Positions 52,880-62,222 of a DNA stretch of 64,000 bases are shown piece after piece. The notes beneath the pieces were generated by a model. The model ran no database searches. It saw only the letters and a program-made list of their open reading frames with translations, and was not told the origin of the DNA. Made by a program: the position numbers and the translations under genes. Source of the DNA: Chloropicon primus (Eukaryota); assembly GCA_023205875.1 (NCBI GenBank), contig CP060756.1, forward strand, positions 1,054,001-1,118,000. The letters run 5' to 3'. Positions within the stretch are counted from its first letter, which is position 1, and each line of letters opens with the position of its first letter.

Positions 52880-53522
52880 TCAATTATCCAAGAACTTCTT
52901 GGTGGGAATTTTGCCGTCCCCAAAGCCAGAGGGCCCTCTAATAACGTTGCCATTGGAGGCCCCAACGGCAAGACTCGCGGCAGCCCCAACAGCCCCAGCT
53001 CCGAGTCCGAAACCGATACTTCCGCTTCTAATTCCCAGAACAAGCCCGGCGCCCATGGCCCCGTAAGCGCCATTGAAAGCGTCTTCCTTCTGTCTCAGCG
53101 ACTCGGCGATCACGTCACCGGAAGCGAAGGCGAGACCCGCCGACCCGAAAGTCATAGCATAGTCTCCCATCACTCCGAGGACCTGCATGAAGGCCGAAGC
53201 ACGTCCACCCGCTTTGGTAATTTTAATGTTCTGCGAACAAGAACAAGAACAAGAGAGAGAACGAGAGCGAAGAAACACGTGTCAGCCCCTGCTCCCAATG
53301 CCACCCCGCTCGGACGCCACGGACAAGAACGTGAAACGCCGAGGGAGAAAGAGCTGCTCCAGAGTCTCTCTTCAAGAGTCTTCACAAAAAACTTACGCTC
53401 CAGGTCGCTCGCACCGCTCCAAGCGCAGCGCCCGCTACGACGGAGGAGACGAACGCGGATCCTATCCTGGAGACCGCGTCCCCTCCAGCGGACGCCACTC
53501 CCTGTTCTCGTGGGTCTCTCAT
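52880..53522 (-). CDS. Tim17/Tim22-family protein, NDUFA11 (B14.7)/OEP16-3-like; exons 53522-53397, 53230-52880
   Basis: GAVRATWS|NIK…MGDYAMTFG…ESLRQKEDAFNGAYG…GIRSGS; GTAAGT…CAG phase-0 intron. Confidence 0.85.
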
Positions 53523-53904
53523 CGTCGCTTTCCTTTCCTCCTCGAGCTTGTCAAGCCGCCCTTGCCCTAGCAAAGAAAAATTTGTTTCTGGAGAAAGCCA
53601 AGGCCCAGAGGAGGATCATTGAGAGGCAGGCCAGAGAGACGGTGTGTGTGTGTGTATGTGTGTGCGCGCGCGCGTGTGACAGGTGGAGGATCGAAGCCTT
53701 TCTTCTTCAACACTATACATTACAGATGAACTTCTCTTTCGCCCTTGTCAACCAGGTCCGGTGCGGGGGGGGGAAGGGTACGCCCCCGCAAAGGTTGGTG
53801 CTTGGACCACGACTCTTGTTCCGATGCGAGGCCTCACTCTCTCCGAAGCCCCCCCTGCGGCAGGTTCCAGCACAAGGAGTGGGGATGACCCATCCCAAGG
53901 AGGC

Positions 53905-54234
53905 TTACACAGCCAACCAGTAGACGGACACAATGCAAAGTATGTGATCGTTCTGCCAGTCCACGGTGATGCAGTCGTCGGTTCTAGGGTCCCAGCTGTA
54001 CGTGCTCGTCACGCACGACCCCGCACCCGCGTTCTGCATAATTTGGCAGGAGACGACGTATTTATACTGCTTCGCTGACTGGGCAAGCCTCTTCAAGCAC
54101 GTCTCCATCACCTTGGCAATCCAGCCGTCCACCTTGTTGTGAATGAAGGTACTTTTCCCCAGAGTGGAACCCACTGCTTCCCTCACAGTGGTCTCTATGT
54201 CGGCCTTGTCCAAACCTGCTGCAGGAATATCCAT
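53905..54234 (-). CDS. Dynein light chain Tctex-1 family
   Basis: 109 aa; YKYVVSCQIMQNAGAG…WDPRTD…WQNDHILCIVSVY. Confidence 0.93.
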   Translation of the reverse strand: MDIPAAGLDKADIETTVREAVGSTLGKSTFIHNKVDGWIAKVMETCLKRLAQSAKQYKYVVSCQIMQNAGAGSCVTSTYSWDPRTDDCITVDWQNDHILCIVSVYWLAV

Positions 54235-54843
54235 ACTTTCTTCGCGTTCTCTCGCTTCCCCTTCGGTCTCTACTTGTGCCTGCGGAGGTCTTGTTCAAGA
54301 CCCACGTTTCCTTTCGGTGTCCTGTCCTTTTCTCAATCTTCGCAGAAAACCTGTTCTGTGCAGACTCTGTCCCAAAGACTCAACACGAATTGGCTTCCAA
54401 CCAACCCCACCACTGCGGTTCCCTCAGGTTTCCTTGCGAGCCTCCTCCTCTCTCTCTCTCTCTGTCCCTCTCTTTCTCTATGCGCTCTTTTGCGTATTTT
54501 GGTGGTAGGTTTGACTGTCCTCACAAGGAGAGAAGAGAAGCCAAAAGCAAGAGTAAATTCGTGTGTAATGGAGAAGTAACCGCAACAGCTTTCTTCGAGG
54601 GAGGGGGCAACCAACCAGTTGCCCTAGCTGCAACGACGAGTAACTACAACGACGAGTCAAGTTATTGTGTTCAATTATTCCGATTTGTGGGACCCTTTGG
54701 AAAGCGTGCGCTTCCTCACGTCGTCCTGCTGGAAGATGTCCTTGTCCTGGATGGACTGCGAGTGGTAGCTCTGCCTGTTCCCTTTCTTCGCGTCCTGGAA
54801 GGCTTTGTGTCTCACTTGAATCAGCTTCTTCTTCAGCTTTCTA

Positions 54844-55356
54844 TTCATTTACTGCCTGCAGAGCATGTACCTGGTGCGGTACAGGAACAAGGAGGAGACC
54901 ACCCACCCGCTCGCGTACAAGCTCATGTGCTACGGCCTCCTGCTCTCGGCTTACTATGTGTGGGACGTGTCGCAGTCTCAAAAAAATCTGTTCCGAGCAA
55001 AGGAGGAGAACGGCGGCGTGTACATCAAGAGAAAGCACGCCTTCCCCCAGCTGCCTTGGAGCGACCTGGAGAAGCCAAAGTACATGAGCACCGAGTGCGG
55101 GTCCAAGCTTCTCGTGGATGGGTTCTGGAAGTACGCGAGGAAAATTCACTACACCTCGGACTTCATCATGGCCTTGACGTGGGGACTGATCTGCGGCTTC
55201 GGGAGCTTTGTCCCTTACTTTTACCCCTTCTTCTTCCTTTGCATGATCCTGCATCGGACGTGGAGGGACACTTCCAGGTGCAAGCACAAGTACGGCAAGG
55301 ATTGGGTCAAGTACTGCGAGCGGGTGCCTTACGTCTTCGTGCCCCGGGTCTTCTAA
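54844..55356 (+). pseudogene. C-terminal fragment of ERG4/ERG24-family sterol reductase (5'-truncated gene or pseudogene)
   Basis: FIYCLQSMYL…WDVSQSQKNLFR…FPQLPW…LLVDGFWKYARKIHY…HRTWRDTSRCKHKYGKDW..YCERVPY; in-frame TGA just upstream and no N-terminal exons recognisable. Confidence 0.65.
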
Positions 55357-55497
55357 GCGGCAGAACAGACAGATCTTTCTTTTTTTGGGATGGGTAGGTT
55401 ACCTACCGTAAGTAACACTCTTGTCTTTTCTAGAATACATGACACAAATCGACAAATCGCCTTTTTGGTTTCACACGCACCGTGCGAGCCCCTCCGG

Positions 55498-56073
55498 TCA
55501 GGCGCCCTCGAACTTTGACGCCAGCGTCACCGGGACCCTGATCGTCTTGGCAGCACCGTTGTTGGACGACGCGAGGAGGTAGCTGAGCTCCACGGTGTAG
55601 GCTCCGGGGTGCGGGAACTCGAACTCCACGTCGTACTTGCCATCCCTCGAGGCGGAGGGATTGCCGAAGTCTTCCGGGTGGACGTGGCCCACCTCAATTC
55701 CAGGAATGTCTGGGTCATCCTCGTCGTACACATGGACGTGGAGAGCGTGTGGCTTGCTGCCCGTGGAGGAAAAGCTTGACAGGTCCTTCCACAGTATCGG
55801 GTTCCCCGTCCCTTTCTCTGTGAGTGCGAACGTCAGCCTCGCCGGAACATCATCTGGTCCCAAACCTCCCTGAAGCTGCTCGACTTTGACGTCGCAGGAT
55901 ACTTCCCTCGCCTCCTCCCTCGCCCAAGTCGATCGGCAGTTCCCCGCCAGATTCCCTAACACTCCCAGCCCACCGAGAGACAGGAAGATCCTCCTCCTCG
56001 CCATCCTCGCAGCCTCGCAGCTCGAGCTCTGCGGCAAGGAGTGAAGGCGCAAGCCCCGGTTTTGCCCCCTCAT
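55498..56073 (-). CDS. Hypothetical protein with twin-arginine-like targeting signal and HxH/HVHP motifs
   Basis: RRR + hydrophobic stretch + cleavage-like TWA; LHVHV…GHVHP…FEFPHPGAY beta-sandwich-like pattern. Confidence 0.65.
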   Translation of the reverse strand: MRGQNRGLRLHSLPQSSSCEAARMARRRIFLSLGGLGVLGNLAGNCRSTWAREEAREVSCDVKVEQLQGGLGPDDVPARLTFALTEKGTGNPILWKDLSSFSSTGSKPHALHVHVYDEDDPDIPGIEVGHVHPEDFGNPSASRDGKYDVEFEFPHPGAYTVELSYLLASSNNGAAKTIRVPVTLASKFEGA

Positions 56074-56168
56074 CCTCCACCTTTGTGCGTGGAGCTGAAG
56101 CGCCCTCCAAGCGATGCTAAAGACGCTTGAGCTTCAGCTCCGACGACAGCTCGTGACAGCAGCAATTT

Positions 56169-56210
56169 TACACTTATGCTGAGAGCGATGGTACACTTAT
56201 GCTGAGAGCG
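56169..56210. repeat. Perfect 19-bp direct repeat TACACTTATGCTGAGAGCG separated by ATGG
   Basis: Copies at 56169-56187 and 56192-56210. Confidence 0.95.
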
Positions 56211-56343
56211 CGAGAAAAAAGAAGACAATTGGTCGCTCGTGCGATTTACGGGTTTGATAACGTTGAGAAAATAAGAGCGGCAACAAAAGGGGAGTTTATA
56301 AATACTACAAAAGCTGTGTTTTTTCCAAAAGTGATCCCATGGC

Positions 56344-56363
56344 TTTTGGCGGGAATTTTGAAA
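56344..56363 (+). promoter_or_regulatory. E2F-like site (TTTTGGCGGGAA) followed by CHR-like TTTGAA; TATA-like TATAAAT near 56297
   Basis: Matches the E2F TTTSSCGS consensus, 60-75 bp upstream of the nuclease ORF ATG; function not shown. Confidence 0.4.
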
Positions 56364-56419
56364 AAACTAAAAGTAACGGACGGCCGTCGAGGCCGAGGGA
56401 CAGAAGACGGAGCGTGACC

Positions 56420-57667
56420 ATGCCCAAGGGGGTGTTCATTGACAAGCGCCTCAAGAAGCGACGACGCGCCAGCAGTTCAAGACGGAGCGAGACCATGCCC
56501 AAGGGGGTGTTCATTAACAAGCACCGCAAGAAGAAGAAGTACGGAGTGCGTATCGGTCGTCGCAGCTCGATATACTCCGCCACCGTGGCGGAGGCCGTCG
56601 CCGCCCTCGAGGCGTACCGCGCGGGCAAACTCAAGAAGAGGGCGACCGCCCGAGCCGCGCTCGCGGCGAAGCGCGCCCGCAACCTGGCGATCTACGGCCG
56701 GAACTGCGCCACGGAGCGCAAAGTGGCGCTCGCCCTCGTCGCCAGATGGCAGGCGACCATCCCCGGGAGGAGAACGGCGCTCGTGCTAAACGACGGTACG
56801 AAAGCCGACGTGCTCCTCCGCCTGAGCGAGGAGGACGCGTGGCTGCCGGTGCAGCTCAAGACGACGAGCGGCGCCATGAAGGGTAGCCCGAATACGTGGA
56901 ACTTCCACCACGTCACCGGCTACTCGGGGATGCGTGTGGTGTGCTGGCGGTGCGACGTCGGCGACGCGTGGGTGTACAACGGCAACGCGCTGAACGAGCG
57001 CGGCAAGCAGAACCTGAGCGTCACCCCCCGCCGCAAGAACTGTAAGAACTGTACGCTCGCGCTCGCGCGTGGCCTCAACCTCGCCGCGCTCGTGGAATGG
57101 CTGAGCGAGCAGGCCCAGGCCCAGGCCCAGGCCCAGGCCCAGGCCCATCCGTGTCTGTGGACGACCGTCACCGAGCACGCCGCGCGGCACGACTTCGCGT
57201 CCGAGGCCCACGCGCTCGAGATGCGCGGCATCGACGCGTTCAAGGCGAGCTTCCCAAAGCACCGCTACGCCTTCCCCGAGGGACAGAACACCCAAGTCGA
57301 CCTGCTGAAGGATGCGACGACGCGCCAGCAGTTCAAGACGGCGCGCGCGGCGTCTAACGGCGTCGCCGGGTTTATGTGCAACCTGTACACCTACGCCGGG
57401 CGTGACGAGGCGGGCAAGGAGCTGAAAGATCCTTACCCGGCAGGGGCGTTCGACGAGCTAGTGGCGGTGGCGTGGGTGGAAGGCAAAGCATACTTTTGGA
57501 TCATCCCCGCGGCAGAGCTGGAGGCGAATGGGTACCTGCGATCGGAGTCGCAGCCTGGGAAGACCTACCTGAAGCTGCACGCGTCGGAGATTGGCGTGCA
57601 GCCGAACCCGCACGCGCGTAACAAGGCAGACACGTGGACCCACAAGTACTTCCATTCCGCAGCTTAG
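56420..57667 (+). CDS. Putative selfish/homing-type endonuclease: AP2-like N-terminus + two tandem PD-(D/E)XK (E…D…QxK) modules; second ATG at 56495
   Basis: PKGVF…KYGVRIG…ATVAEAVAA; module 1 TE…KADV…VQLKT; (QA)6 linker; module 2 LE…QVDL…QQFKT…YPAGAFD…FWIIP; intronless; CGC/GCG-rich codons unlike the AGG-rich neighbours. Confidence 0.65.
   Translation: MPKGVFIDKRLKKRRRASSSRRSETMPKGVFINKHRKKKKYGVRIGRRSSIYSATVAEAVAALEAYRAGKLKKRATARAALAAKRARNLAIYGRNCATERKVALALVARWQATIPGRRTALVLNDGTKADVLLRLSEEDAWLPVQLKTTSGAMKGSPNTWNFHHVTGYSGMRVVCWRCDVGDAWVYNGNALNERGKQNLSVTPRRKNCKNCTLALARGLNLAALVEWLSEQAQAQAQAQAQAHPCLWTTVTEHAARHDFASEAHALEMRGIDAFKASFPKHRYAFPEGQNTQVDLLKDATTRQQFKTARAASNGVAGFMCNLYTYAGRDEAGKELKDPYPAGAFDELVAVAWVEGKAYFWIIPAAELEANGYLRSESQPGKTYLKLHASEIGVQPNPHARNKADTWTHKYFHSAA
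57110..57145 (+). repeat. (CAGGCC)6 coding microsatellite (QA linker)
   Basis: Six perfect units, seen directly. Confidence 0.95.
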
Positions 57668-57754
57668 CTTTCATCATGCTTTTTTTTTCTCGTCTTCTTC
57701 ATCTTCTCCTCGAGCAACCGATGTCTCTCTCTGTCTCTCTCCCAATCATATATT

Positions 57755-60742
57755 TCATATCTCGTGGAAGTTCGAGGTCGTCAGGACTTGGAATATCAGC
57801 ACGAGCGCACTGCTGAAGCTCGAGAACGAGGCAAACTCCTGAAAGTAGTCGTTGTCCAAGTGGTTGTTCTCGTTGAACTTCGAGAAGATCTCGATCCCTA
57901 TGTAGGCGTACACGCAGCACACGAGAAAGGTCAGCATCAGGAAGGACAGAGATGTCGGCAAAATCCTGAAGAGCAACAGAAGGAACTGGTTGCTCTCCTT
58001 CTTTCCTATCGTCATGATCCTCATGATTCGAAGGATGTTCGAGAGGATGAAGATGACGAGTGCTATCGAGCCCACAAACGTGGAATCAATTTGATTCGCG
58101 ACCGGTTTCAAGCGCAGTATGGCCGCGAGCACCCCCATGAGAACAGTCACGCAGTCATACCGGTTCCAAATCCCCTTCCAGTACTCCCTCCCAAGCGCTG
58201 CTACCTTGAGGAGGCTCTCGAAAAGGTAGACCAACGACAGGATGTCGTTCATGATGAGTATCTTCCTGTACTCCTCCTGACTCACGATTCCCTTCGTGCA
58301 CAGCATGATCGCGTTGGCGATGAGCAGGGTCAGGATCCCCAATTGAAAAGCTTTGTGGCGGACGAACCTCTTCAGCTGGGTCCTCCATATGGACTTGACA
58401 GTTATCTTCGCGAGGTTCGTTTCGCAGACCCTGAACAGGGTCAACCCCAGCACATCCACCAGGCTCAGGAACTCGAGAGGATCTACGTAGCCGCTCTTGT
58501 CCGTGTCGATTTTGTTCCAGTAGAATACGAGCTTCTCCTCGTCCAGGTACGAACCCATTGTCATCTTCACGAGATCCCGGAAGGTCAAGTAATCGAGGTA
58601 AGCGTCCTCCTTTGACTCGTAGGGGGAGCCGAAGATGGACTCCCTCGTCATCATCTTGTTCATGGTCAAAAGCTCGTACGCGATCAGCAGCGACTTCCTC
58701 TCCTTTGTCCTCTTGATGTAACTAGTCTGTATGGCGTGCTGCCTGTACGAATTATAGACACTGGCAATGAGCACGTTCACAACCCCGAACGTTGTGATGA
58801 GCAGGAAGACGACGAAGAACACCACGTGCAAAATTCTGGATTCTTCTACGTGACCATTTCTCCTCAACTGCTGGTACAGGGACGACGTGAGCTGCGTGTA
58901 ATTCTGATTGTTCCTCGAGTAAACGTCGTACCCTGTCAGATCCACGCCCAGGTTTTCGACGAGGATCCCGTCCTTGCCCTTGGGCAGCCGAAGCTTCCCT
59001 CGGATGGCCGGCATCATGACACAAGGAAAGTTCTCCGTGGTCACCAAGACGTACAAGCTGACGAACGCGCGGTAGACGTTGCTGAAGTTGAAGTCGCATT
59101 CAATTTTCTCCTCCTCGAACTGAATCCAATTGCTCCAGTCGGAGAAAAGCTCCATTCCAGCTACGCTGAAGACGAAGGTGGTCAGGATAAGCAGGGACAG
59201 GGGCTTTGCTGCTGCCATCGCCGCCTGCAGCACGCTGATCAGCTTGTCATACAAGTTCTTCGAGAGCAAAATGCACTGCACTGGTCGAAGAAACCTCGAG
59301 AACCGCGGAACCCCGATATCGCAGTACGCCAGAATCAGGTCCAGGCACATGATTCCCGTGCAGAGGATCCTCGACAAGTTCAGCTTCTGTCTCCAAAAAA
59401 TCCTGTTGGTGGACAGGATCCTCTCGATGCAGATGTCAAAGATGTAAATGGAGACGATCGTCGACTCGATGAGGAGAACGTTGTCCCTCGCCAAGTTGAT
59501 GTAGTCGTTGTTCGAGGCCAGCATGTCTATGCTCGCTGGCTCAAAGGAAGCCAGAATCACGTGAAAGATGCTAAGAAGCAGGATGAATATGTGGTAGATC
59601 TTGCTCGTTACGACCTGGTAGATCCGGAGCTTCACCTCTGTTGCGTTGCGAAGGGTGTACTCTTTCCCGTGCATGATGTTCAGAGTGCAAGTTGCTGCAC
59701 ACCTCTGACACAGAGGGGCAATCCTGTCCAGAGGCAGTCGCTTCGATATGAACAAGTCATCCACCCCCTCCATGGACTCCACGTGCTCGCCATAAGCAGT
59801 GGCATCCATCGCTTCAGTCCCTTCGCTCGTTGCGTACCCCCCGTTCCCACTTGCACTGCTCTCAGACGCCAAGGAACTCGTCTTAGTCGCCGCCGCTATG
59901 CCTTTGTCGCCTTTATGGAGACCGAGCGTGTCCTTCTTGAGCACAGAAGGTCTGGGTCTGACCGCCCTCGATCCCCTCGGCGTCCTCCTTTCCATGACAA
60001 GCTGCTTGTCCAGCTCCTCGAGGTTGGTCACCGTGGGAATCTCATCCAGCTTCTCCTCCGCTAGGCTCATCTCCAGCTCTTTCACCGCGCTCAGCACTCT
60101 TGGGAAAGCGTTCTCGGCACCACGCATGAACGACGAGCGACGGTGTGGCGCCGTCATCGACCTGTTCCTGACCACCTTCGTCTTGCCAGGGGCCCCTTCT
60201 TCTGTGTCCCTGATAACGCCGAAAAAGTTTGAGTCGTCTTTGAGGCCTGAGCGGTTCCTGGAATGAGTGATGGTGATCGCGACATCCCTGCTGCCGTTGT
60301 GCGCCACGTCCGTCTCCGTGAAGGATCGATGAATCCTCGTCTTCGGCTGAGCTGCACTCTTCGAGCTCGACTCTCCCGTCGAACGAGCAGAAGACGGCTG
60401 GGGAGAGCTAGTGGTCCCTACTTGCCCGCCTCGCGCGTTCGCCCCAGCTCCCCGCGAGGGATACGTGTCTCCTCTGCGAAATTGAGCATCCACGAGGTCC
60501 CCCAGGGTAATGTCCAGTGCCCGCGGGCTCAAGACCTGGGTCTCGCTGCCACCATCATCAGACCGTGCCTTTCCCCTCCCACCCTCCTCTGTAACTGGAG
60601 GTAGCTGGTCCCCTCTCCTCTTCCCTGAAGGCGTGCTCCTTCGGAAGGAGCTTGCCGGGGAGGGATTAGGCGTCGACTTCGGCGTGGGAGGAGCCGGCAA
60701 AGTGTATCGCCCCTTCTTCCAACTCTCATCCTGTCCCGACAT
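57755..60742 (-). CDS. Two-pore cation channel (TPC-like) with EF-hand linker; apparently lacks the last S6 helix
   Basis: Domain I S4 RFSRFLRP, pore LYVLVTTENFP, S6 NVLIASVYNSY; EF-hand DTDKSGYVDPLEF; domain II YWKGIWNRYD, LRIMRI; ORF stops at FQVLTTSNFHEI*. Confidence 0.88.
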   Translation of the reverse strand: MSGQDESWKKGRYTLPAPPTPKSTPNPSPASSFRRSTPSGKRRGDQLPPVTEEGGRGKARSDDGGSETQVLSPRALDITLGDLVDAQFRRGDTYPSRGAGANARGGQVGTTSSPQPSSARSTGESSSKSAAQPKTRIHRSFTETDVAHNGSRDVAITITHSRNRSGLKDDSNFFGVIRDTEEGAPGKTKVVRNRSMTAPHRRSSFMRGAENAFPRVLSAVKELEMSLAEEKLDEIPTVTNLEELDKQLVMERRTPRGSRAVRPRPSVLKKDTLGLHKGDKGIAAATKTSSLASESSASGNGGYATSEGTEAMDATAYGEHVESMEGVDDLFISKRLPLDRIAPLCQRCAATCTLNIMHGKEYTLRNATEVKLRIYQVVTSKIYHIFILLLSIFHVILASFEPASIDMLASNNDYINLARDNVLLIESTIVSIYIFDICIERILSTNRIFWRQKLNLSRILCTGIMCLDLILAYCDIGVPRFSRFLRPVQCILLSKNLYDKLISVLQAAMAAAKPLSLLILTTFVFSVAGMELFSDWSNWIQFEEEKIECDFNFSNVYRAFVSLYVLVTTENFPCVMMPAIRGKLRLPKGKDGILVENLGVDLTGYDVYSRNNQNYTQLTSSLYQQLRRNGHVEESRILHVVFFVVFLLITTFGVVNVLIASVYNSYRQHAIQTSYIKRTKERKSLLIAYELLTMNKMMTRESIFGSPYESKEDAYLDYLTFRDLVKMTMGSYLDEEKLVFYWNKIDTDKSGYVDPLEFLSLVDVLGLTLFRVCETNLAKITVKSIWRTQLKRFVRHKAFQLGILTLLIANAIMLCTKGIVSQEEYRKILIMNDILSLVYLFESLLKVAALGREYWKGIWNRYDCVTVLMGVLAAILRLKPVANQIDSTFVGSIALVIFILSNILRIMRIMTIGKKESNQFLLLLFRILPTSLSFLMLTFLVCCVYAYIGIEIFSKFNENNHLDNDYFQEFASFSSFSSALVLIFQVLTTSNFHEI

Positions 60743-61076
60743 CTTCCCAAATCCTGTATTGGCAGGCCACCAACAGTCTCGTCGGTCACCCGTCCCAAGA
60801 CCCGTGCTTTCGCTTCCCTCTGCTCAGGGGCGCCTGCCTGAAGGCCCCTCAACGTCCAACCTTCCCAAGTTGGCGACCTTTGCACGCTCTCGGTTGTCAC
60901 CAAGCCCAACGTGGCCCCATCTTGGTCCGCTCCCCCTTCTCCTTCCTGATGAATTGATTTTTCTGCACAGAACAGTCTGCCTTTTTGAGAGCTTTGTCAC
61001 AAAGGTCGAGCAAGACCAAGAAGAGAGAAAGGAAACAAGCGGAGGCAGGTGGCTTAATGATTACACGGCGGCATTA

Positions 61077-62222
61077 TTAGGCTTGATAAAATACTTCTTT
61101 CGTATAACTGAGCTCTCCTTGCTCTTCGGCTCCCTCGAGCTCCAAGGCATGGGCACCGCCGAATAGGTGAAGGAGCAAGCCAAGCGAGAACCTCTGGATA
61201 ATGATAATGATCATGCGGGCGTACACCAACAAGTCTATTCTCGTAAAATTCGACCTCCAGTGCCCATCAGAGTCGTGATGCAACAGCGCCGCAAACTCTT
61301 CCCTGTCCAGCAGGACTATCTCCCCGTCCTCGCCGTCGAACGTGTGATAAGCCTCGGTGAGCAAATCCGGCCCCGTGGTGTACAATATGTCGTAACTCTC
61401 GGCAACTGGGAGGCGCGCCCTTGCGCTCGCGATGCCCATGACGTGCTGCCAAAACTTGTGCCCCGGCTCGCTCATCATCCAAAAGTTTGCCACCCTGACG
61501 GGGTGCTCCCTCGTCCCGTTCCTGATCTTGTGCGCGGCCATGGCCTCTCCGTAAACCTCAGGGACGATCCTCTCGGTCCCGAGGAAGACCTTTGCCGCCG
61601 GGTACTTGAGCCAAGTCGAGCCCCCCAGATCTCGCTTCACCCCGATGTCAACGTCCGTGTAGACCCCCCCCTCCAGGAACATGAGAATGTACCGGGACAC
61701 GTCGCACTTCTGGATGTAGTGGCCGTACGAAGCGAAAAGGGACATCCAACCCGTGGCGTTCCTCCTCGAAAGGAGTTCCACGATGTTCTTTGGCTCGTGC
61801 CTGACCACGCACGAGGAAGGATTCATCTGCTTCCACTCTCGCATGGCGTCCAAGTACTTTTGAGGCAGCTCGAGGCCTCCGGCCGCGGCGGGCGCTCCGC
61901 CGTCCTCCCTGAACCCTTGCAGGAAGTGTATCGATTGCGGTATCGGGGGCGCCGGGGCCCCAGGCCCCAGACTTCGCTCCTCGAGGAGCGGCGGGCCGGC
62001 ATTGGCCACTTCGACGCACCTGGCTTCGCCGTCCGCGGAAGCATTCTGGGACGTCCCTCGCTCCCCCCGGAACCAGTCGTCGCCAAGGAGGGCGACGACG
62101 TCTTCAGGGGCCACTCTCACCCCACTCCTGATCTGCAGCTCCACGGTGCGTGGGGAAAGCAGCCCAATGCAGGCGAACAGGACCCACGCCACGAGGTACC
62201 CCCCCCTCCGAGCGCACAACAT
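61077..62222 (-). CDS. GT32-family DxD glycosyltransferase (Och1/MIPC synthase-like)
   Basis: N-terminal anchor; IPQSIH, WKQMNP, IQKCDVSRYILMFLEGGVYTDVD, NFWMMSEPGHKFW, TTGPDLLT. Confidence 0.88.
   Translation of the reverse strand: MLCARRGGYLVAWVLFACIGLLSPRTVELQIRSGVRVAPEDVVALLGDDWFRGERGTSQNASADGEARCVEVANAGPPLLEERSLGPGAPAPPIPQSIHFLQGFREDGGAPAAAGGLELPQKYLDAMREWKQMNPSSCVVRHEPKNIVELLSRRNATGWMSLFASYGHYIQKCDVSRYILMFLEGGVYTDVDIGVKRDLGGSTWLKYPAAKVFLGTERIVPEVYGEAMAAHKIRNGTREHPVRVANFWMMSEPGHKFWQHVMGIASARARLPVAESYDILYTTGPDLLTEAYHTFDGEDGEIVLLDREEFAALLHHDSDGHWRSNFTRIDLLVYARMIIIIIQRFSLGLLLHLFGGAHALELEGAEEQGELSYTKEVFYQA

Noticed and set aside
56169..56210. CRISPR-like repeat
   Set aside because: Only two 19-bp copies with a 4-nt spacer, eukaryotic context, no cas genes.
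56199..56417. 72-aa ORF upstream of the nuclease
   Set aside because: AT-rich, starts inside the direct repeat, no recognisable motif; more likely leader sequence.
56420..57667. Fanzor/TnpB or transposase identity for the foreign-looking ORF
   Set aside because: No RuvC D-E-D triad with zinc finger, no DDE or RT motifs, and no clear TIRs; the motifs fit PD-(D/E)XK better.
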